From: Camelus ferus
Lineage: Eukaryota
Assembly (NCBI RefSeq): GCF_009834535.1
Contig: NC_045697.1
Location: forward strand, 87,608,001-87,672,000
Direction of reading: 5' to 3'
DNA length: 64,000 nt
This document shows positions 27,850 to 41,322 of this stretch, piece by piece; within the stretch, counting starts at the first letter, position 1, and each line of letters begins with the position of its first letter. The notes under the pieces were generated by a model, which saw only the letters and a program-made list of their open reading frames with translations, ran no database searches and was not told the origin of the DNA. The translations under genes were made by a program, and so were the position numbers.

Positions 27850-27990
27850 TCGTGGATCAGCAGTACCACCTGGGAGCTTGTCAGAAATACAAAGTCAGGA
27901 CCTCCTTTTCAGACTTACAAAACAGAAATCTGCATTTTAGGAAGATCTTGGTGATTCTTACATGTATTACATTTTGAAAAGTATCACTCT
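27850..27990. mobile_element. MER5A-type hAT-Charlie element
   Basis: atcagcagtaccacctgggagcttgtcagaaat...cagaaatctgcattttag...ggtgattctta. Confidence 0.75.
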
Positions 27991-28764
27991 CGGGAATTGT
28001 CATTGTGATGGAGGTTGCTGCCTCAGGCACAGGTCTCGGGTGTATGGACATCCCGAACCCCTTTTGGGAGGTAGCTGTTGCGATGAAAGGGGAGGTCCAA
28101 AGAAAGAGTTTAGAATATTTGTACATTTTATTATGGTTTCACGCCTGTTCTTCATGGAAACAAAACTTCAGATGGCAGGATACACTTCAGCATTAAATGC
28201 TCCCAGCTTTGGAAATGACTCCATTTACAATGTTTTTTTCCCCTGACTTTACTGTTGACTTCAATACTTGCATTGCTATTTTTCAAACATTTATTTTTCT
28301 GCACGCACATAGTTGGCAGTGATAATGTAAAAGCTAGTCAGTGATATGTAAAAAGTTTATCTTCACCTGTATTTGTCAGGCAAGATGAAGATAGTGAGAT
28401 ATCCTTCCACCACCAGAACGGGTCGTGTATTCTCGTCACACTTACGTGTGAGAAGCACACACATGTGCGCACACACACAAAATAGAATTCTGGCTCTGTT
28501 ATGCCCATAAGAAACGGCAGTTAGCAGGAGGAAAGGGGTATTGAAATAAGGAGAAGCAGAGAATTAAGGAGCACATACAAGTGATACAATTCAGCTAAGA
28601 GTTTGGGGAATTTTCCTCGGAGATTTTGATATAGGCGATGAGTCTTGAGGTCAACCAGGTGAGGAGAAAGCAAGAGGAAAAGTGCTTTAGTTAAAGGAAC
28701 CAGCGTGGCCTTGGGTGGGCAAAGGTCCGCTGTCTCTTAGATTTACTGCCTTTCCATTCTTTAT

Positions 28765-28920
28765 TTTTTATTGTATTATTTTTATTTTATCCTCTTGTGG
28801 TAAGAACATTTAATGTGAGATCTGTCCTCTTAACAAAATTTTAAGTGTATAATGCAATATTGTTAATTATAGGGACGATGTTGTACAGCAGATTTTCGGA
28901 ACTTACTCATTCTGTGCGCT
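28765..28920 (-). mobile_element. L1MA-type 3' terminal fragment
   Basis: tgtggtaagaacatttaatgtgagatct...tgttgtacagcagattttcggaacttactcat. Confidence 0.75.
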
Positions 28921-29149
28921 TGAGTCTCCTCTCTATTTTTAACCTCATTTTTTTATCCCCCACCGTCTCCTAGGTTCTATGCATAGGCACCTTAAGCATC
29001 TCATTGATCCTTTTCTTCGAAGTGCTTTGGGGGCTGTCTGACGTGTAACACTTTTGATCCTTGGATGTGTTTTACTGCTTGCCCTCTGGCTCCGGCTACT
29101 TGTTGCCCATCCCAGTGTCAAGGTCCTCACTAAAAGAGCCAGTCAGCTT

Positions 29150-29480
29150 AAGGAGGGCCAGGAGGTAAGACTGAAGAAATAGGCACCGTGTGCTTCATTA
29201 AGTCCCTTAGATACCATGATACCATGTTTGAAATTTATCCACAAGGTTATGGGAGCCATTGAAGTATTCGTAACATTATTAGGTTTATGCTACATGAAGA
29301 TCATTGTGGGAGAATGGTTTGGAGGGGTCAAGTCGGCTGGCAGGAAGAATAAGCCTGAGGCCATTGTAATTATCTAGACAAGAAGTACTGAGGGCCTGAA
29401 CTAAGGCCGCAATAGTTGGGACTAGAGGAAAGAAGATGGATTTTAGATTATTTAAAGCAGAATAGAGTGACTGATTACTA
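29150..29480 (-). mobile_element. L2 fragment
   Basis: atgggagccattgaag...gaggccattgtaattatctagacaagaag...gggcctgaactaagg. Confidence 0.65.
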
Positions 29481-31269
29481 CCAGTGAAGGAAACTTTCAA
29501 TTTGTTTGATGGGTTTAGAGTGGCCGATTTGTTTCTGTTCTTTCACTCTTGGTAAATTGCGTTAAGATTCAGGTTCTAAGCTTCTAGCAGCAATGTCGCT
29601 AAGAGAGCCTGGCACTGAACCTGGAAGAGCTGTTCTGAATCTTTCCCCTCTATGTTCTTTTCATGAACAACTGAGTAGATTGTTTGAATTGCTTCCCATT
29701 CTTCGTGGATGGGGAAGAGGCAGGATGCCTGGTTAGCACAAGGGGCGTGTATTCTCTTGTCCAAGGTGAACCTGAGAATTGACTCAGGTTCTTATCGCTT
29801 AGTTCAATACCTCTGCTTCTTTGTATTGTTTTATTTACATGAAAAAAATTTGAGGCTGTATTCAGAAAAGTTTGGTACATATTTCATGGGAAGCATTTCC
29901 ATTTGGGAGAGTAGTTTTAAAAGTAAAATACTGTGTTTCTGTAGTTGTCCTGATACAATCTTTATTATGTTGTTAATGGTAAAAGGAACCAAAAAAACCC
30001 CACAAAAAAACAAGGTCAAGCAAAATCTTTCTAATGGTGATACTAAAACAATTCCCCTTTATACAGACAAATTTGTAAAGGAGAAGTATTTATTTTAAAA
30101 GATGGTTTTGAGTTCTATGGTCAGGCATTTGCTGAAAACAAAGCTGAAAAAAACCCCACAGGCACAAAACCAGCTTTGAAAGTGGGGACCCAAATGCAGC
30201 CCCACTGACACTGTGCTGCAGGTGGACACCACATGGGAGGATGAAGGAATGTGATTGTGAGGGCCATGCTGACAGTTCCGTGTCCATAATCTATTCCTCT
30301 TAAATTTGATCTGTGCATCTGGTCTGTATTTGTGCACATCTTTTTCCTGCAGGAGCTTAGAGTTCTTGAAGTAGGTCAAGAGTGTCTGGGCTACAGAGCC
30401 TCCTGTTGGGGAGAGATGACGGGGTGGTGTGAATGGCTGGCAAGCTCTGGTGGCCCTGGATTCTGCAGGGCTTGTGAGAGCATATGAGGGTGCTTGAGCA
30501 TCCCCATCTCTGAGAAGAGGATTCCTGGGGACTATGCATACTACAGAAAGGATAAGGCACGTCCCACTTCCTGTAATCTGTGAAAGTCAAGGACTGTGTT
30601 CCCCTAATGCAGACTTAGTTTAGGACAGGGGTTGAAACCCACACCGTTAGTACTGAGCCAGAGGTCCTCTGCCACGACTGCCTGTAACAAGCCAAGAAGA
30701 AATAATTTGATAACAGAAGATCCAGAGACACGTAACCTGGATAACCGTCACTTGCAGAGTAGAATAAGCTCTAACCAAGGGCACGTTTCAGGGTTAGTGT
30801 CTTAGCCTGTTTAAATCACTTCTCAGCAAGTTCATCCTAACAGGAACTTCTCAAGGCATGACTAACAGAGATGTCTGTCCATCTCTGTGCGTGGTGAGGA
30901 GGACCCTTAAGAGAGCAGCTACTTTTCCTGTATTTCCTAGTAGGAAGTATGTTTAGAGTCTTATGTCAGGAGATGTGGCTTGGGTTTACAAAGTGTGACC
31001 CAGAGCAAGAGGAGTTCATAGTGGTTCTTCAGCTCAGATTTGACCACCGTCTGAATTTTCAAGGAACGACTGATTGGATTGTTTCAACAGTTTCTAAGTT
31101 CCCTTCCTCATGCTGAGTCCTTTCGCCATCCTACTGTTATCATCCAGTTACACTGATGGGGGTCTGCTTTGTTTTAAAATATGTCACGTGTCTTTTTTCT
31201 TAGTCTTTTTTTTTCTTTCAGTGACAAGCTTTCTGAAGTTGCAGTTTAGCATTCTTCATGCCATTGGGC

Positions 31270-31460
31270 ACTCACTCCATTCTGCCATTTTGTAGCTATT
31301 AACCTCTGGCAATCTTTTGTGTCTCAGTTTTCCCATCTGAGATATGGGGAAAAGAAACGCCTTGTCATGTTGTTTCGAGGGTTCCATCATCAAATGTATG
31401 CAAAGCCCTTAGAACAGCTCTGAACACAGGGTGAGGGTTGAATAGGCGTTAGCTCTCATT
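31270..31460 (+). mobile_element. MIR fragment
   Basis: gtgtctcagttttcccatctgagatatgggg...atgtatgcaaagcccttagaacag. Confidence 0.6.
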
Positions 31461-32000
31461 TCTCCTTCTTGTATTGAACTGAGCATCTGTGTTGGAATTT
31501 TGTGTCAACACATTTGTCATGACTCTTGTATGATTTCACCAGTGTTTTGGTTTTGCTACCTTGGAACAGCCAGGCCCAAGAGCAGTTATAATTTCAAGCT
31601 ATTACTTAATAGGGTTTTATTTATCATCTGTTATCTATGTTGTAGAACCACGAGATACTCAGGACTATCTCTAGATAAAATGCACATCTGTGCACCCGAT
31701 AGTCCCAGGTGGGCCTGTGAAGGTGAGATGTGTCGATGTAGCAAAGTCCCCTGGTTTCTGGAACGTGAAGGCTGCTTGGTAGAGTGATTAACGGTGGTTT
31801 GCCCCGTCCTGCCTTATGGAGTCAAGCCTTGGTCAGACTTGAGGACGCATCAGTGCTCTGTGAGCATCACTACAACCAAGCCCTGGGTGAAACTGAGAGT
31901 GGAAAGCATGTACCTGGCATCATCAGGCAGACTTGCACCCCTGCTGTTCACCCTGGAGGCCATGAGCAAGCACCTCCAAAGCGTCAACTAGTCCCTGGGC

Positions 32001-32018
32001 TGCCACTAGAGGGCGCAG
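32001..32018 (+). promoter_or_regulatory. CTCF core motif
   Basis: tgCCACTAGAGGGCGCag matches CCACYAGRKGGCRS at every position and retains a CpG. Confidence 0.6.
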
Positions 32019-32164
32019 TATGGACATGGCTATGAATTGTGCTCAGACCAGGATGCAGTGATCCTTACCTTAAGGCTGGATTTCAAGGCTCTTTGAGGAG
32101 ATGAGAAAACTCCTGAAGAACAGGAAAGACTGCGGAACCTAGAATGGAAATTCTTTGAGAGAAA

Positions 32165-32395
32165 TAATAGTGATAACAGCCACCATTTGTTGACATTTAT
32201 TAAGAGGCAGGTATGATTTAACTGCATTTATCTCCTTGAATCCTCACCATCACTCAGGAAAGGGCTTTATTATCACTTTCATGGACAGATGAGGAAATGG
32301 AGGCTTCGAGGAACTTACTCAGAGGCACATAGCCTTTCTGTGGAGGAGCTGGTGTTTAACCCAGGCCTTTGTGAATCCAAAGACTTCTTTGCTTG
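32165..32395 (-). mobile_element. MIR SINE
   Basis: acagatgaggaaatggaggcttcgaggaacttactcagaggcacatagc...tttaacccaggc. Confidence 0.7.
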
Positions 32396-33339
32396 TGCTT
32401 CAAATCTTAACCCTAGTATGTACAGTGAAGAAGGACTAAGGTTACCGTTGAAGAAGAGCAGCAGTTCACAGCAGCCCAGCCGCCAGGAAGGGTTTCAAAA
32501 AGTCACCCCACTTTGAAACATATCTCAGCTCTCTTCTTCCTGGCGATTTAAGCAAAAGGCTTGGGTTTTAACCTCTCATGCTGAACCTATGGTCACAGAA
32601 TGGGTTTCTGTGGAACCCCGTCCATCTGGAAAAAAGGCCTTTGCTGGGAGAAAGAAGTTAAAGCAAGAACCCACAAAGGGCATTGGACTCCCTCTTGTAT
32701 TATCACCGAGTTTTCACGGGCCTGGCAGTAAGGGAGTGCCTGTGTCGGCGAGTGCCCCTCCAAACGTGATTTGGTGGAGGTTGTACCGCACACGTTCACC
32801 TGAGGACCATTGCTTGAGGGCAGCGTCTCCAGGTGGGTCTTTGAGACCCTCTCTTGTGGCTGTGGGAGTTCCGTGGCTGGGCACACAGGAACTGTCTCCC
32901 CCTGGAAGGGCTTGGTGGCTGGAAAAAGACATCAGACAAAATAAGGATGTCCTGGCTCCGTTTCCGATGACGGTAACATTGTTATACCTCACTCTTTGTG
33001 GTTAAGTTTTTATCAAGATACTTTTCCATTTTGACTGAAACCATCAGGTTCAGTTAAGACTACTAGCTGCTTCTCCTAGTGGCCCTCGGCCCCAGAGCAG
33101 TGCTGACAGTGAGCTGCCACAACCGAAGTGAAAGTAAGGCTCCACAAAGGACACCAAGAGGCACTTTACAAAACTGAAATGAAAATTGTCTTTTTTTAAA
33201 TCAGATGGCAATGATCAAAACCACTAATAATATTCAGCGTTGATAGAAGTGTGGGGAAATGGCATTCCTATGTTGATAGTGGGGGCTGTAATAGAATCTT
33301 TTGGGAGATTATTTAGTAGTATCTATTAAAATTAAACAT

Positions 33340-34130
33340 TTTAATGGGAAGACTTCTAATGTTTCACCATTAAATATAACTTGCTGGCATTCTCTTTTCA
33401 TTCCTTTTTTTGGGTGTACTCATCATCTTCCTAAGGGAATATCCCTCCTCTGTTATTTTCTGTTATGAATCAAATTTGAATTTCATTGAATACTTTTCCA
33501 GTATCTATTGAGATGGTCACAGTTTTCCCTTTTAAATCTATTAGAGTAATGAATTTTATTGGTAGAATTTCTAATGACAAATCATTCTAGCTCTTTTGGA
33601 GTTAACAAACTTGGTGTAACATCACTTTCGTTAATTACTGGATTTGGCTTGCTAATATTTGGTTCAGCATTTTGCATCAGTGTTCATACAAGGGATTCGC
33701 CTGGCACATTCCTTGTTTAATTTTGGAACCAAGAGTGTACCAATCCCGTAAAATGAGTTGAAAACTTTTATTTTTAGTTTTTTTTTTTTTGGAAAGAGCT
33801 TGTGTAATATTGGAATTCTCTGTTTCTTGAATGTTTTGATGAAACTTTAAAAACTATCAGATCCCAGTTATTTTATTTTTCCTTCATGATACATTTTTAC
33901 TTCCTCTTTTTTTTTTTTCCGCTCAATTTATTTAGTGTTATAGGACAATTTGGACTTTTTCTTTTAACATAAGGCAGTTTTGGTAAAATCATTTTATGTG
34001 AAGTTTTTTTTTCTTAGTATTCTCTTTAATTTCTGTTGTATCTGGCAGTGTTGCCCACTGTTCATTCTTACTGTTGTTTGTTTGTGGCTTTCTCTCTCCT
34101 TTCTTTATTTCTCTCTCTCTCTTTCATCTT
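33340..34130 (-). mobile_element. Ancient L1 ORF2 fragment, antisense
   Basis: cttctaatgtttcaccattaaatat...gtatctattgagatggtcac...cttgctaatatttggttcagcattttgcatc. Confidence 0.65.
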
Positions 34131-34167
34131 GTTTACTATTAGTAAATTAGCAAATGTGTACACTTTC

Positions 34168-34450
34168 AGGGCTTCCTCTAACGTTTGTGGGGCCCATTGT
34201 GAAAGCACGAGTGGAGGGCCACATATTATAAGTCTAAATATTTTAAAATTGTAAGTTTAACTAATAGAATGTTAGGTAAAATATGTTCTATCCTCCTACT
34301 TTGACACTTGTGACTTCATAATGACCGGGAACGTGTGTTGGAATTTGGAATTCTTGGAATCTTTAAAGTTCTGTGCAGGATATGACAGCACAGGGGGAGC
34401 TGGCTCCTGGCCTGCTCCTTCTTCTCTTCCCACCCCAACTCTGTCAACAA
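34168..34450. mobile_element. MER115-like hAT-Tip100 fragment
   Basis: gtctaaatattttaaaattgta...aaaatatgttctatcctcctactttgaca...cttcataatgacc matches the recalled MER115 consensus. Confidence 0.65.
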
Positions 34451-34539
34451 TTGTCTGTGAACCGAAGGCCATAAATAATGTTGAAATTTGTGATACATCT
34501 ATTCTATAGAAATTTATTAGTCTGTCTTAAAAAGGTGAG

Positions 34540-34860
34540 TCAGATCTAGAAATACTGACTTGGAAATATGTTCATGGTAGATTAATGAAAAACCATGTTG
34601 AAGACTGATACGTTTAGCATCATCCCATTTTGTAAAAAACAGAAATCTATAGACAATGTATATCTACACAGGTAAAAATTGAGGAAAATATCTCACTGTT
34701 AGTTTTCTGTGGAGAGCAGGTTTTAAAGGATAAAGGAGACTTATTCACTTTTTTTTAAGTCAAAAAGTTCTAGATGGGGAAAGTAGGAGAAACATCTATT
34801 TATTAAGTGATTCAAACATTTGAATTTTTTGCAGTGAGCCTGTATTACTAATGTAATCAC
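34540..34860 (+). mobile_element. L1ME-type 3' end fragment
   Basis: gatctagaaatactgacttggaaatatgttcatg...catcccattttgtaaaaa. Confidence 0.5.
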
Positions 34861-35459
34861 AGGGAAACCCAAGATTTTGTACAAACATTTACATATATGT
34901 GCATATATATGTGTTTGCATATATGTATATTGTATATAATAAATGAATAATATATGAGTTTATTATTTTAGGTAAGTCACTAAATTCCCTCAGAAGCAAT
35001 AAGATTTACAGATGGGTTTCCAGGGTGGATAGAGAGAGAAGAGAGACGGTATTAGTAAACAAAATGCAGCTGGCCATAAATAAAAAATGCGCTTCTGTGG
35101 TGACAGTGTTTTCTGTTCGGTACATCTTCCCCTTGTGTCCATGGAAACACAGCTTTCCAAGTTAGATGAGAAGAAGGGGTACTTCAGCTTCATTACATTA
35201 CAATAATGTCCTCGGGGTTATCTCTGGAGTGGTAGGGCCACGTAGCACTGGAAGCAAATATGTTAACAAGATAGGATCTTTGCGGCAAAAGAATGACAAA
35301 AGGAAGATACCCGAAGGCACTCACTGGAAAAGCCCAGCAATCAAAGATATAATCTCTCGTACAAACTTGTATGAGAACAGCAAAATCCTTTGTCCATTAT
35401 TTTATTTTTCTTTCCTTTTTGCTTTACAATATTTAACTTTATTCCAAATTTCCCCAGTC

Positions 35460-36950
35460 TTTGAACACATACTGTTGACTAGGCATGTGGCCATGTGCTT
35501 GTGTAGAAACAAACACCTGGCCCTGCCTGCAGGGGGTTCAATCTAGGGGGGGATCACAGAAAACAAGCAGGAACAGAAGTGCGTGGAGAGCACTCTGACA
35601 GATCTGAGTTCAGGCTGCCTGGAAACACTACTGTTGGGGGTCTACACTGTGAGTCGGGGCAGGGCTGAATCCCTGCACAGCTCTGGATGTGTGCTGGTTG
35701 CCTCGAGTCCCTGCCAATGGCACCTCCTGGAGCCCAGGTGAACGTTGCTTTCTGGAGCCGGGTAATTAGGTGGCCTGGACTGCAGGTCATCTTAGAATGA
35801 GTACTAAATGAGTATTAAAAAATAAATGGAAAATCACCAGATGAAGGGACTGGGTGGAGGGAAAGGGCTTTCCACACGAGGAACTCTGCAAGCACAAAGG
35901 TTTCTGTAAACTGAGGAAAGCCCTAGTCAGATCGTGAAGGTCCTGATGTGCGGAATTGAGTGAGTTTAAATTTTGAACTCAAGGTGGAGGGAAGATAGTG
36001 AGGGATATTTGGTGTGGGAGTGACGGGAATCCGATTTACGTTTTAGGAGAATGGATGGTGTAAGTGGTGAGAAATAGATATTTGTGCTATTGTTTAGCTA
36101 CAGAGGAAATTAGGGGGATTCAGATGATCCCACATGTGTCGTAGAAGAGAAGGGGCAGATGGGCAGAACCAGGCTGACTGAACACTACTCATCCTTAGAT
36201 TTAGCTTAATGTGACCTCCTCAAAGCCCTAAGGAGATATTCTAATGGCATACCTTTACTTTATTACTTATAACAATCTGTAACACTCATCCATGTATAAG
36301 GTAGTTTATTTAATCTCTGTTCTGTCACAAGGGTAGGGAATTTATTTGCTTTGTTCCCTATTCTAGCTCAAGAACCTAGCATAGTATTGAAATAGGGAGA
36401 TGCAAATACAGACAATTGTTGAGTGAATGAATGAATGAGTAAGAGAAGAGGCAAGCTTTCTCAGATTTCTCACTTGAAAATCTGGATAAATACTGTGCCA
36501 TTCACTACATGGATGCCTTATAACCATATGAGACATGGAGATCTGACCATGTTGAGTTTTAAGTGTTTTTGGGCGCAATTTCTAACAAGCATTGTAAAAA
36601 AAAAAAAAGGAACAGAAACTTACAAGGGAGAGCTGAAGACAGTGATCTCATACCCTTTGGGATGTGAGTGTGGCTGATACTATGGGAGTAAGAGGGCTGG
36701 CCCAGGAAAGCAGGTACGAAGAAGAGACGGGTGCCTGCGTTGGACACTTGGGGATAACCAATATTTAAAAGGCAGACAAGGAGGCACCTTGAAGGCAACT
36801 TAGAAGGTGCTTCCTGAGAAGTAGAGGAAAAAGTGATGTCATCAAGAAGAAGAAAGCGTGGCAGTCAAATGCTGCCAAGAAGTTTACTGAGATATGAACT
36901 GAAAAGTGTTCATTAGATTTGTCAACTCAGATCTTGGCAAGAACAGTGTT
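35460..36950 (-). mobile_element. L2 (antisense) interrupted by a sense L2 3' end at about 36180-36438
   Basis: Antisense L2 motifs at 35460-36150 and 36440-36950 (gtcaaatgctgccaagaag, aagtgttcattagattt). The inner piece ends in the L2 tail gagtgaatgaatgaatg. Confidence 0.6.
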
Positions 36951-37224
36951 AATTGTGTGAGCAAAGGATGATTATCCTGGGTGGGGGTGGGAGGCAGGGA
37001 GAGGAAACGGTGCGTACGGAGGGCTTTTCCTGGGCATCCCTTTGTGACATTATAGAAACTGAGGATGTGTCATGTGGGGATATGAATGTGGAAGGCAGAG
37101 CACTCCTTGAAGATTTACAGTTAAATTATGACTCAAAAACCTTGGTAGAAAGACATTATGAAGTGCTCCTGTCTCATCTTATATCCAGTTTAGGACTTCA
37201 CGGTTTTAGAAAAAGAACCTGGAA

Positions 37225-38089
37225 TATCACTAATTATCAGAGAAATGCAAATCAAAACTATAGTGAGGTATCACCTCACACCAGTCAGAATGGCCATCAT
37301 TCAAAAGTCCACAAATGACAAATGCTGGAGAGGCTGTGGAGAAAAGGGAACCCTTCTACACTGCTGGTGGGAATGCAGTTTGGTGCAGCCACTGTGGAAA
37401 ACAGTGTGGAGATTCCTCAAAAGATTAGGAGTAGACTTACCATATAACCCAGAAATCCTGCTCCTGGGCATAAATCCAGAAGGAACCCTACTTCAAAAAG
37501 ACACCTGCACCCCAGTGTTCATAGCAGCACTATTTACAATAGCCAAGACATGGAAACAGCCTAAATGCCCATCGACAGATGACTGGATAAAGAAGCTGTG
37601 GTATATTTATACAATGGAATACTATTCAGCCATAAAAACCAACAGCATAACACTATTTGCAGCAACATGAATGTTCCTGGAGAATCTTATTCTAAGGGAA
37701 GTAAGCTAGAAAGAGAAAGAAAAATACCATATGAGATCACTCATATGTGGAATCTAAAAAAGAAAAAAGAACATAAATACAAAACAGAAACAGACTCATA
37801 GACATAGAATACAAACTTGTGGTTGCCAAGGTGGGGGGTGGGGGGTGGGAAGGGATAGGCTGGGAGTTCAAAATTTGTAGATACTGACAGGCATATGTAG
37901 AATAGATAAACAAGATTATACTGTATAGCACAGGGAAATATACACAAGATCTTGTGGTAGCTCACAGTGAAAAAAAATGTGACAAAGAATATATGTATGT
38001 TCATGTATAACTGAAAAATTATACTCTACACTGGAATTTGACATAACATTGTAAAATGACTATAACTCAATAAAAAATGTTAAAAAAAA
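37225..38089 (+). mobile_element. Young lineage-specific 5'-truncated L1 (ORF2 C-terminus + 3' UTR)
   Basis: ORF 37245-37670 ([19 protein letters not shown]...[18 protein letters not shown]) is the ORF2p cysteine-rich domain. G-rich 3' UTR tract, AATAAA at about 38069 and an A-tail. Confidence 0.95.
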
Positions 38090-38930
38090 CATTAACAACA
38101 GATTAGGGGAAAGTATTGTGACACACGTAATAAAGGGCTGATGTGCACAGTATCTAAGGAGATTTTACTAATCCATATGAAGAAGACAAACAATCCTGAA
38201 GAAATCTGGTCAAAGAAAATCAAGAATTCAAAAAATAAATGGCCAGTAAAAATATATAAAGATGCCCAACCTTATAAAAATCAATGAAATAGGATATTAT
38301 TGTTCATTCTTTAGAAACCTCTCACAACCTCCAAATGCTGATAAGGGTGGGTAGACCAGTCGTGTTCGTTGGAGGTCATAGTGTAAACTGTCCTTTTGGG
38401 AAGACACAGAATAGTACCTTTTCAAAATGTTAAAAAATGCATATTTAGTAGACATGGCAAATACACTTTTGCCATAGAAATACTGGCATGTATAGAAAAA
38501 TATGTCCTCATAATGTCAAGTCAGCATTGTTTAAATAATGGAAAACTAAAATTTTCATCAACATGCATCAATAGAATAATTGTTCAATAACTTATGACAG
38601 GGTCTTACCTACGAAATCCTGTAGTCATCCAAATGAATGAAATATATACTAACATGGAAAGATTCTCTAGATGTTGTCTTTGTGAAAAACTGAGAGGGTG
38701 TACATACGTGCACATGAGTATGTACACGTATATATGCACATTTGTGAATGTACGGAAAACTGTCTAGAAGGATCTACACAAACTTTTACTAGTAGTTACC
38801 TGTGAGAGTGGAAATGAATTTGGGGAAGGAGTGAAGGGAGTTTTCATTTTCCTTTGATAGATTTTTGTGTTGTCTGAATGCTTAATTAGAATATATTCTT
38901 TGTGTACATAAAAGTACACATGTAAAAAAG
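38090..38930 (+). mobile_element. Ancient L1ME-type fragment carried within the putative transduced segment
   Basis: aacagattaggggaaagtatt...aagaagacaaacaatcc...cagcattgtttaaataatggaaaac...aacatggaaagattctc. Confidence 0.65.
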
Positions 38931-41322
38931 AAATACCTTTACTTCTCCCAACATTGTGCTTTTTTTGACTTGTTCATAGTGTATACAACAGAACTTATTC
39001 GAGTATAAATGTTTAATTTTCATAGAATGAGAATTTATGTATAAATGTATCTTTAAAATTTAAAAATAAAATAAAATAAAAGTTTCTGGATAAAAACGTG
39101 TCTTTCAGGTGGAAGCAAAAGGTAGAACCAAGTAATAAGTTAATCAAGCAGCTCTACCTTGCTCTTGTACTGAGACTAAATGAGTGAAAAGTTAATTAAT
39201 TGAAATATTTGTAAAAACTAAGTTATTCTAACAGTGCAGAGAGGATAATATAAGGAAGGTTGCAAACCTTTGGCTCCTTCTCTGTTCCCTCAAGGTTCAT
39301 ACTTAGAGGGGTTAGGTCGTTTTGTTGTGGATTTTCTTCATTCTAATGATGGTACAAATAACAGGAAATGCAAAACTGAAAAAAAAAAAAAAAAAGAAAA
39401 AGAACCTGGAAATGGTTCTGGGGAGATTCACACAGATGGTTATTTGATCATAAAATAAGACCTTGAGAATAAAAAGGGGGACAGCTTCTTCAGTGTGAGG
39501 AGTGCTGCAGCTCAGAAGAGGGGCTGTGTACTTTATCTCCCCGAGGAGGGAGCATGGAATAGGACTTTGGCTGCAACAGGGGGAATTGAATTTAGAAATC
39601 AAGACGACCTAACATTGTGATTGAACGTTCCAACAGGTTGAGAAGCTGCAATGAAGTCTGTTCTTGGAGGTCTCTGAAATTTAATATTAATAGTTTTGAA
39701 GTAAGACCCTAAGGAGTAAACATTGGTGATTTTGACTTAATTCTTTCTCAGAGAGAATAGTTGGCCGATGGTCTCGGTGGCTAGGGACTGACGGCGTACC
39801 TCCCCACAGCTGCGGGGTGAGCCTCTTGCCAGCCACACCGAGCAGATTTGACACAAAGCGGTTATTTGTAAGCCCCCGAGAGTCTTTTCCCCATCTCAGA
39901 CCCTGAATCTGCTCACGGTGCTTCCTGTGGGCTTCACGTTTAGACCTCAGTAAATTTGAAAAATCCATCTGGTGTTGGCTGAGTCTAGAATTCTGGAATG
40001 CAAGATAATTTGGACAAAAGGAGAAGCTAAGTGGAAATCTCAGAGTACTCTAAGTCCTTGTGAATTTTGGAAGCCTGAAACCCTCTTTTATTTTTTTCCT
40101 GTCAAATTGCTCTGAATGGATGAACAGCTCATTGTGGGCCGTTTATGTGGTTTATATACAATTAGTCATCTCGCAGCACAGGAGACGTCTCCCAGGCCAC
40201 TCCCACCACCAATTGTATTTTTTTGATGGGAAAAGACTATACACCAGCCACACCATCTTCACTCAGTTTCTCGTTTGTCCTCTTAAAAGTGTATCCTTTT
40301 GTTGGAACCATTTTCTTACTTTTTTAAAGGAAGATTTCATGGAATGTCTTCACAATGACATTTGTATCATATTTTAAAGCTTTTATTGGTATTAGAATTA
40401 TTCTGTCTATAAAGATCTGCGTGAAAATGTATTGACATAGATGTTATTAAAGTCAAAACAAGAAAAGGGACATTTTTACTTCATGTGTACTTTGGTATCT
40501 ATCATGATGGTCCCCAAGTTTAAAATTGTATGAACCCTAGAAAGGATGTTGATTTTTCTTTTACCTAATATAAATTGTTATTTAACCAGTAATAAACAAG
40601 ATAAGTAGCTATTTCCATGGCTAATTATGTTTCTGTGTTTATCTTTGTATGTTTTCTATTCCATCTCTCTTTTTTGATGGATTAAGTGCGTGAGTTAGTT
40701 ACCTTAGGACCTAAAACACTGACAATGCACCAGTTTTGGCCAGAGTAAAACTATAGGTAAGCTGCTGAGTGAAATAACTAGCTACTAGTCTTGATTAATT
40801 TGTTCAGGATCTAGTCACTTAACTCATTCATTCTCTCATTTATTGATTCATTTGGTGGCTACTTTGGGGCAGGAATCATGCTCTGCACTGGGGATAAATA
40901 ACACATAGCCCATGCATTCCAGAAGTTGCAAATCTGTTGAAGGGAGACAGGCATGTGAAAAAAATAAGGGCAACTATATAGTTAGAACTCTTTGGGTTGT
41001 ATGTGACAGACTCAACTTAAACTAGTTTAAGACAAATGTGGGAATTTATGGACCTGCAGAAGTTCTGAACAAAGCCTGAGAGACAGGATGCAGGCAAAGC
41101 TTGGGGACACCTTGCAGTGGTAATTTCCCCTAGCACTGAATTTCCCTCTTTTACCTCAGTGTTTTCTTTGGAGTGATACCTTCTGCGTCCCTCGATGCAG
41201 ACCAGACATTCTCTTTAGTGGTGGTCTCACTACTGCCAACTCCTGCCTGTCAACTCTATGCTTTCCACAAAGGAGAGGTTGCAATTAACTTTCAAAGCTT
41301 TGGTTTAAGAAATCGTTGAATC

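Noticed and set aside
30620..30683. tRNA-like A-box/B-box sequence on the minus strand (gcagtcgtggcagagg...ggtttcaaccc)
   Set aside because: Too short, degenerate boxes and no cloverleaf or anticodon arm. At most a decayed tRNA or SINE remnant.
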